A DNA stretch of 32,000 nucleotides from Erysipelothrix larvae. Lineage in GTDB: Bacteria > Bacillota_I > Bacilli_A > Erysipelotrichales > Erysipelotrichaceae. The translations under genes were made by a program, and so were the position numbers. Below the pieces are notes generated by a model, which worked only from the letters and a program-made list of their open reading frames with translations, did no database searches and had not been told where the DNA came from. The stretch is from positions 600,001 to 632,000 of the forward strand of contig NZ_CP013213.1 of the NCBI RefSeq assembly GCF_001545095.1, in the 5' to 3' direction. Each line of letters starts with the position of its first letter. Positions within the stretch are counted from its first letter, which is position 1. Below are positions 25,853 through 32,000 of the stretch, piece after piece.

Positions 25853-27175
25853 CTAAAAGTCCAGATCAAGCTCTCCGAGTATGTCTTGTTCATCTTTACT
25901 GAAGATTTTCTTTTGATTTATCTTCTCTTCTTCTTGTCCTAATTCTTGGCGTTCCATAATCTTAAAGAATGGCCAATATAAAGCGACTGTTAAGATAAGT
26001 TGAATGAGATTTGCGACAATTGACATGAAGTCACCGTTTGTTAAGAATCCTTCAAGGAAGACACCAACATAAGGTGGATCAAAGATTGGTTTTGCGACAA
26101 GACCCCAATCCATCATAAACATTGGAAGTGTTCCGATGATAGCACCACCAAACACAAATGGAATGAACATAATTGGGTTCAGGATAATTGGTCCCCCAAA
26201 TAGGATTGGTTCATTGATCCCAAAGAGTGATGGGAAGAGCGAAACTTGTCCAATCTTTCGGTAGCGTTCTGATTTAGATAATAGGCAGGCAATAACCATT
26301 CCAATCGTAATACCAGCTCCGGTAAATCCAAAGAATGCGCTTGAAGATCCGGCTGTATAGAAGTGTGGGATTGCTTCTCCTGCTTGCATTGCAGCGATAT
26401 TTTCTGCGATGAATGTTGCCATAATTGGACGTGTAATTGGTCCAAAAACCGAGGAGTGAATTCCAAAGAAGAAGATTAGGCAGATCCAGAAGTTTAAGAA
26501 AAGGAGTGCCCAGGGGTTGTCCATCGATCCAACGAGTGGTGCAAGGACCTTAGTAAGAATCTGTGGTGGTAATTCACCGAATAATTGAATTGAGAAGTAA
26601 CGAATGAGAATGAACGTGCCACCGACGATAATTGTTGTTGGGATGAGTTCGAATGATCTACTTACGAAATCAGGAACACCTTCTGGCATTCGGATTGTGA
26701 GGTTGTGTTCTTTACATATTCGATAAAGTTCAACAGCTACCATTCCGACAAGCATTGCAGCAAAGAGTCCTTTCGATCCAAAGTTTGAAATGGAAATTCC
26801 ACCTTCAACTGTGTTTACTGATACAAAGAGGAATGCAAATGTAGCAAGTGTGATACATCCAGGAATAAAGAGTTTGTAATGATTTCCCAAGTAATATGCG
26901 ATCATCATGGTTACATAGATTGATAAGAAACCAATCGAAAGGGTAACAGGTAGATCGAGTAGGTCTGCATTACTAATGATAAACTGGCTCACAGGGTTTC
27001 CTTCACCAATCATATTTGGGAGGGCTGGGATGATTGCGAAGAAGCTACCGATAATCATGAATGGTGTTGTCGCAACCATGGATGATTTAATTGCTGCAAG
27101 GTGACGTTGACGGTCAACTTTGTGGGCAATGGGCATGAGGTATTTGTTCATGAAATTTTCGAATTTTTCGAACAT
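25853..27175 (-). CDS. PTS EIIC, lactose/cellobiose (Lac) family
   Basis: 440 aa, polytopic. The N-terminus F-x-x-F-x-x-K-x-L-M-P-I-A-x-K-x-x-x-Q-R-H-L-x-A-I is typical of CelB/LicC-type IIC. Confidence 0.9.
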   Translation of the reverse strand: MFEKFENFMNKYLMPIAHKVDRQRHLAAIKSSMVATTPFMIIGSFFAIIPALPNMIGEGNPVSQFIISNADLLDLPVTLSIGFLSIYVTMMIAYYLGNHYKLFIPGCITLATFAFLFVSVNTVEGGISISNFGSKGLFAAMLVGMVAVELYRICKEHNLTIRMPEGVPDFVSRSFELIPTTIIVGGTFILIRYFSIQLFGELPPQILTKVLAPLVGSMDNPWALLFLNFWICLIFFFGIHSSVFGPITRPIMATFIAENIAAMQAGEAIPHFYTAGSSSAFFGFTGAGITIGMVIACLLSKSERYRKIGQVSLFPSLFGINEPILFGGPIILNPIMFIPFVFGGAIIGTLPMFMMDWGLVAKPIFDPPYVGVFLEGFLTNGDFMSIVANLIQLILTVALYWPFFKIMERQELGQEEEKINQKKIFSKDEQDILGELDLDF

Positions 27176-27177
27176 GT

Positions 27178-27519
27178 TTAATTCTCTCCTTGTTCAAGTT
27201 GATGTTTACGATAGGTTACTAGTGCAAGTTTTAATACTGTTGCACCATCCATACTTCCATAGACATCTTTGTCAATGACGGTATATGGAATGTTTCGAGG
27301 TTCACACAGGGTACCAATAAAATCTGTTTTATGTGAAACTTGGGGACCAATTAGGACGATATCCCATTGATCAATGACTTCTTCGAGTGAATCTGCAGGG
27401 ATTGCAGTAAAGTCAAAGTCTTCTATATTGAGTTTTTCGCTATTTTGTATTACTTTTTTCATATTTTGCATGAGCATGTTTGTGGAAAAACCACCGGCAC
27501 AGCATAAGAGTATTTTCAT
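27178..27519 (-). CDS. PTS EIIB, lactose/cellobiose family
   Basis: 113 aa. MKILLCCAGGFSTNML carries the phospho-Cys signature. Confidence 0.9.
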   Translation of the reverse strand: MKILLCCAGGFSTNMLMQNMKKVIQNSEKLNIEDFDFTAIPADSLEEVIDQWDIVLIGPQVSHKTDFIGTLCEPRNIPYTVIDKDVYGSMDGATVLKLALVTYRKHQLEQGEN

Positions 27520-27521
27520 TT

Positions 27522-27836
27522 TTATGATTCCTTCCCTTCAAAGATATCAACCAGAACATCAATCAAATCGTGCGCTAATTGACTTGTCATATAGTGGTCT
27601 TGTGCGTGCACCATCAATAATGATATTGCGGTCTTACTTTCACCACTTAATTCTTTTGTGATTAATTCTGTTTGTACTTTATGTGCTTCTATATCAAGTT
27701 TTCTTGATTCTTTAAGAAGCAGTCTTGCTTGTTCGTAATCCCCTTGTTTCACACACTTTAAAGCTTCAAAGGCTTTACCTTTACTATCTCCTGCTGAAGA
27801 TATCATTTGAAATATGCTTTGTTCTTGCTCATTCAT
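27522..27836 (-). CDS. PTS EIIA, lactose/cellobiose family
   Basis: 104 aa. ...AHKVQTELI... and LLMVHAQDHYMT, with the phospho-His in HAQDH. Confidence 0.9.
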   Translation of the reverse strand: MNEQEQSIFQMISSAGDSKGKAFEALKCVKQGDYEQARLLLKESRKLDIEAHKVQTELITKELSGESKTAISLLMVHAQDHYMTSQLAHDLIDVLVDIFEGKES

Positions 27837-28884
27837 CGTTAGTCTCCTTAATAAATTTTGTTACTGAATGGTAGGTATCCCAGTCGAAGGTCTCAATTAT
27901 GTCAACATAGATGTCAATAATATCTTCAATATCTTGGGCGTTTACGATTGAAAATGCGCAATGTCCATACCGAACTGGCAAACATGTAACTGCTGTGGGA
28001 ATTCCTTGGTTTACTTTATGTGCTTCTCCACCATCGGTTCCACCACTGTTAAACATATCAAGTTGTATGTTTTTGTTGAGTTTTTTTGCGCTTTTTTTAA
28101 TAATTTCGATGAGTGCTTTGTTAGGAGCTAAGGTTCGATCAAAGTTTGTTACAATCATTCCTTCTCCAATTTGTCGCTTGTTTTTATAGGAACGGTCAAA
28201 TTCATTGGAGTAACACGCTACATCAACTGGAAAGACAATATCGGGACTTACTTTGTAAGTTGCGGTTTTTGCACCGCGTATTCCAACTTCTTCACTGCTA
28301 GTACCAACGCCATAAAGAATGTTTGGATGGTCTTTACCTTGAAAACGTTCAATTACTTTCGCAAAAACATAGCATCCTAGGCGATCATCAAATGCTTTTC
28401 CAATAAGGATGTTTTCTAAATCGAGTGTTTGAAATTCTGTTGTATAGGTAACCATATCACCAACATCAATTCCTAGGTGGAACACTTCTTCTGCAGTGGT
28501 TGCACCAATATCTAAATATGTATCGGTAGCGCTTGTTCCACTGAGCGTGGATTGAATGATTCCTTCGATCTTTTTCCCGCTTTGTGTTGTGATACGTACT
28601 TTTTGCATAAACTGAGCTGTTGGTTTAACACCACCTACTGTCATAAGTATGATCTGTCCCATTGGGGTAATGTGGCGAACACAGAAACCCACTTCATCCA
28701 TGTGTCCACAGATCATGATTTTCGGTCCGTTTTTATTACCGATTTTTTCGAAGATAATACTTCCCATCCCATCTGTGTCTACTGAATCTACTTTATCATT
28801 TAGCGCATCATATAGGATATCGCGTACTTCTTGTTCCTGTGCAGCAATGGCATCTGCATTACTTAAAGCTTTTAATAATTCCAT
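27829..28884 (-). CDS. M42-family metallo-aminopeptidase (FrvX/YpdE/CelM-like)
   Basis: 351 aa with CGHMDEVGF, AFDDRLGC, SSEEVGIRGA and GGTDGG. Its stop overlaps the EIIA start by 8 nt. Confidence 0.85.
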   Translation of the reverse strand: MELLKALSNADAIAAQEQEVRDILYDALNDKVDSVDTDGMGSIIFEKIGNKNGPKIMICGHMDEVGFCVRHITPMGQIILMTVGGVKPTAQFMQKVRITTQSGKKIEGIIQSTLSGTSATDTYLDIGATTAEEVFHLGIDVGDMVTYTTEFQTLDLENILIGKAFDDRLGCYVFAKVIERFQGKDHPNILYGVGTSSEEVGIRGAKTATYKVSPDIVFPVDVACYSNEFDRSYKNKRQIGEGMIVTNFDRTLAPNKALIEIIKKSAKKLNKNIQLDMFNSGGTDGGEAHKVNQGIPTAVTCLPVRYGHCAFSIVNAQDIEDIIDIYVDIIETFDWDTYHSVTKFIKETNDE

Positions 28885-28887
28885 GTT

Positions 28888-30756
28888 TTACCTCATCTTT
28901 TCATTGAGTAGTAGCATAAACTCAAGATAATTGTTTGCTTTGTGTAAGTTATTGACCAAATCGGCATCTGACATTACCTCAAATACAAATTTGGATATGC
29001 GTTGATGAAGGGTAAGCTGGCCCTTTTTCAGTGAAATCAAAAAGATTACTTTTGGCATTTCTTCAAGGTCTTCTGAAACGATTCCAATATGAATACAATC
29101 TGTCACTCCAGACATTTCAAGGGGGTGTGGTGTCGCAACACGATTTAAGAATATTGTGGACATCACTTCTTCACGTCTCATCACGCTGTCAACAAGGGAG
29201 GGTTCTGCATACCCTATATCTACAATCTTTTGAGCCATATTTTTGATGATGTCGCAATAAGACAGATTGTGATACACAGTAAACAGTGCTTCCTTAAATA
29301 ACCCTCTGATTGTTTGTGATGTTGGATTGAATTGATCCAGTAAGAACATGTTTTTGATTTTTATCAAATCTTGGTCATCTATAAACTCATTAATCGTAAT
29401 GACTGGAACCGTATAGGAACGGTTGAGTGGTCGAATTGTAAAGATGATGTCTGGATTGTAGAGTTCAAGTTCGGATTCGTTCATAAATGAGAATGTCTCA
29501 ATTTGACTGGTTGGAAGAATGGATTCAAACTTTAGTTTTAAGAGAAAATCACTACCTCCTCCTGGCGAACACACAATTGCAACACGTTGATACTTGCTAA
29601 TTTTTTTTCTAGATTCCTTCTCAATGTGAACGGCAAGATGAGTTGCCATAAAGCCAATTTCATCATGGGACACTTGAATGTTATATTCTTTTTCAATTAC
29701 CTCAGCAAATAGAATTGCCATATTGAAGATTGTTGGGTAGCGAGCACTGACATCCATGACCAAAGGATTGTGAAACGCTACTGCATCATTCAGTCGTTGC
29801 ACTAAGAGTGAAACATGGGAATAAAAGCTTTGTTGAAACTCATAGTCATTCATGAATTGGGTTCCATACATTTGGTCACATTGGGCAAGAAATGATAGAA
29901 TAATCCGAACGAGTTTATCATCAACATCATGAGATGATGCTAAGATCAGTTTTGATTTTTCTGCTACGAATTGATTGAAAAAAGTTTGAAAATCAAGGGG
30001 TATCCTTACTTTTATGAGGTTGAATACGTACTCTGACAAATCCCTTGCTACACCATAGTTGACGACTTGTAACGGCTCGTCTTCAGGGTTATGGTTCCAT
30101 GGTGTTGATAGATGGATTATGGTTTGCATCATATCGCGTGTATCATTGAGTTCAGCGTAATTCATGGTTAAGTTATTTCGACGTAAGACATGAATTAATG
30201 CTTGTTCTAAATCCTTGAAGATTGATTTATCAACGGATGGCTCATGTTTTTCATACAGATCAAGGTATTGACTCCTTAGTTCGTTATATGTTTCTATCCG
30301 AGCTTTTGTTGATACGATGAGTTTTAATCCATAATGTGCACGTCTTAACAATTGAATATCTCTTTGTCTTAAATACGCTTCTACATTATCAATATCGTTT
30401 TTTATACCAAAGCGACTCATATTAAATTGATTTGCGATTGATTCGATGGTAACAAAAGATTCATTTGACAAAAGTATTTGAAGAATCAAAGCTTCCCTTT
30501 GCTTTGGAGCGTATACAGGAGCGATTGCAATTTGTTTAAGATATACATGGTACTTACCTTTATCATTGATTTGTAAGTAATACCCTTTACCCCTTTGGAG
30601 TTTAAGGTCAAATCCATGTTGCAGACCATCTTCACTCAATTCTTTGATCTCATTTCTTACTGTTCGATTGCTGACAGTCAACAACGATTCAAAATAAGAA
30701 ATATCTAGAAATCCGTGTGCTGTTGCTAATGCTTCTAAGATTACGCTTTTTCTCAT
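28888..30756 (-). CDS. PRD-domain PTS regulator (LicR/MtlR-type activator: HTH-PRD-PRD-EIIB-like-EIIA-like)
   Basis: 622 aa with an N-terminal HTH region and two PRD-like helical regions. EIIB-like VAIVCSPGGGSDF. C-terminal EIIA(Mtl/Fru)-like domain. It ends 3 nt before the M42 start. Confidence 0.85.
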   Translation of the reverse strand: MRKSVILEALATAHGFLDISYFESLLTVSNRTVRNEIKELSEDGLQHGFDLKLQRGKGYYLQINDKGKYHVYLKQIAIAPVYAPKQREALILQILLSNESFVTIESIANQFNMSRFGIKNDIDNVEAYLRQRDIQLLRRAHYGLKLIVSTKARIETYNELRSQYLDLYEKHEPSVDKSIFKDLEQALIHVLRRNNLTMNYAELNDTRDMMQTIIHLSTPWNHNPEDEPLQVVNYGVARDLSEYVFNLIKVRIPLDFQTFFNQFVAEKSKLILASSHDVDDKLVRIILSFLAQCDQMYGTQFMNDYEFQQSFYSHVSLLVQRLNDAVAFHNPLVMDVSARYPTIFNMAILFAEVIEKEYNIQVSHDEIGFMATHLAVHIEKESRKKISKYQRVAIVCSPGGGSDFLLKLKFESILPTSQIETFSFMNESELELYNPDIIFTIRPLNRSYTVPVITINEFIDDQDLIKIKNMFLLDQFNPTSQTIRGLFKEALFTVYHNLSYCDIIKNMAQKIVDIGYAEPSLVDSVMRREEVMSTIFLNRVATPHPLEMSGVTDCIHIGIVSEDLEEMPKVIFLISLKKGQLTLHQRISKFVFEVMSDADLVNNLHKANNYLEFMLLLNEKMR

Positions 30757-30995
30757 TTACTCATCGTCCTTTCTTTCATTGATTTTCAAAAGCGTTAACA
30801 ACTACATGTTAATTATAAAATGGAGACTAACACTTATAAAAGATTTGGTTTTTCAATCCTTTTTGGCAAAAACTTGGCTAATTAATTGTTCCTATAATAA
30901 TAAATAATCATATTCGTGTTTAAAATCCTAAATATATTAAAAAAATCGTTGAAAAGTGCAATTATATTGTTAGAAGGGATAAAGAAATACAAATA

Positions 30996-32000
30996 TCAAG
31001 CCAATTCTTGAAGTAATTCTGCTACCTCATCGTCTTTATGAGGATACATATGTCCATAGGTATCAAGCGTGGTTTGGATCTTCTCATGACCCAAACGTTT
31101 TGCTATCACAATGGGTTGAATCCCTTGTTCAATGAGTAGAGATGCGTGAGAGTGTCGTAGATCATGAACACGAATCCGTTACAGTTTCGCCTTCTCACAA
31201 TAGGTAGGCATTGAATGTTCGAACTTGTGTTTGGTAAATGGAAAGATTCTCTGTGACGGTTTGATTTTATAATGAAGTTTCAGGTATTCCTGAATGTGTA
31301 TGATTAATGAGGAATGGACTTTGATTTTGCGCTTTCCTTTTTCAGTCTTGGGTTCTGTAATGATATCCTCTCCATTGATTCTCTGATAAGAATGATTGAT
31401 TGAAATGACATTATTTTCAAAGTCAATATCATTTGGAGTTAAAGCTAAGAGCTCACCAATGCGGATGCCTGTCCAATACAAAAGCATGTAACCGATACAA
31501 TCAGTTGGATCATCAATGACATTCATGAACTGATTGAATTCATCTTTGGTAAAGAATGACATCTCCGTTGCATGCTTTTTGCCCATGGAACCTGCTTTAT
31601 GACAAGGGTTATCAGAGAGATTGTAGAAACGAACGGCATAGTTGAAGAGTGCGACGAGCTGATTATTGATACATTTCAAATACGTGGGCTTGTAACCCGA
31701 TTGTAAGAGCTTGTTCTGCCATCTTCGAATGTCGTGTGGCTTGATTTGATTGATCGGCTTAGAAGCGAAGTGTGGCAGGATTTTCGATTTGAAAATATGT
31801 TTCTTACTTTCCAATGTGCTTAAACGAATCCAATCACAATCAAAACGGATTATCTGTTTATCTGTTACAGAGGAACATGAGTAAAAGCGACGATGTAATT
31901 TTCACTGGGATAAAAACATCGTCCAAACGTCGCTTTTCAATTTTATTTGCCTGAAATTATGTACACAAATAATTTCATGCTGTTCATGAAGTCCTTTAAA
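30996..32000 (-). pseudogene. Tyrosine recombinase/integrase, multiply disrupted (in-frame TAA, TGA and apparent frameshifts); runs off the window
   Basis: Core-binding and catalytic regions are readable (WTGIRIGELLAL; after TAA at 31179-31181: RIRVHDLRHSHASLL...LGHEKIQTTLDTYGHM). Upstream of 31814 the reading continues to an in-frame TGA, and further N-terminal similarity (ANKIEKRRLDDVFIPVKIT) is in another frame. Confidence 0.7.

Noticed and set aside
169-29246. Many 60-115-aa ORFs antisense to or out of frame with large genes (e.g. 169..465-, 2606..2791-, 7241..7423-, 9076..9261-, 9657..9869-, 10778..11065+, 11433..11642-, 12764..13051+, 13329..13550+, 13984..14184-, 14811..15035-, 15786..16004-, 19083..19286+, 20717..20923+, 21900..22130-, 22474..22707-, 23195..23380-, 23643..23942+, 24213..24431+, 24383..24574-, 24947..25294+, 25350..25577+, 25622..25819+, 26179..26466-, 27374..27661+, 27911..28189+, 28171..28380+, 28552..28785+, 28649..28930+, 29031..29246+)
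   Set aside because: Each lies wholly inside a gene with strong family motifs. They lack RBSs and show shadow-frame composition.
30785-30806. cre-like (CcpA) site TGTTAACGCTTTTGA in the leader of the PRD regulator
   Set aside because: It has about three mismatches to the TGWAANCGNTNWCA consensus, including the terminal CA. That is too weak to call without a scoring matrix.
31179-31181. In-frame TAA in the integrase as evidence of stop-codon reassignment or programmed readthrough
   Set aside because: All other genes in the window terminate normally at TAA, TAG or TGA with full-length products. The same gene also has a TGA and frameshifts, so pseudogenisation is the simpler explanation.
1-32000. 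CRISPR arrays, rRNA genes and short tandem repeats
   Set aside because: No regularly spaced direct repeats or rRNA-like sequence were seen anywhere in the window.

Overview
32-kb chromosomal window from a low-GC, Gram-positive-type (Bacillota-like) genome. It uses the standard genetic code, GGAGG-type ribosome-binding sites and many rho-independent terminators. Left third: a quinone-prenylation cluster (polyprenyl synthase plus two tandem UbiA/MenA-like prenyltransferases, about 75% identical), a Tyr-phosphatase/membrane-protein pair, two unknown membrane proteins, tRNA-Lys(CUU), a TrxR-like flavoprotein with an ArsR regulator, a ROK kinase, a CDF-like transporter, an acidic SWIM-finger protein, a Cof hydrolase and a thermonuclease. 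Centre: guaB, which naturally lacks the CBS/Bateman insert, overlapping guaA. Immediately 3' of guaA lies a decayed, visibly AT-richer islet. It holds a truncated integrase N-terminus, an AbiEi/AbiEii pair with a promoter-spanning inverted repeat, a MerR regulator controlling an SDR and an NfsA-like nitroreductase through two 19-bp-spacer promoters, and an IS transposase remnant. Right third: a lipoprotein 5'-nucleotidase, then a 7-gene minus-strand cluster of PRD regulator, M42 peptidase, Lac/Cel-type PTS EIIA/EIIB/EIIC, M24B Xaa-Pro peptidase and PatB/MalY C-S lyase, with no glycosidase. This cluster is the most unusual functional module in the window. A second, multiply disrupted tyrosine integrase sits at the window edge. 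I found no CRISPR array, rRNA or recognisable riboswitch. All calls rest on motif recognition by eye; no database search was possible.
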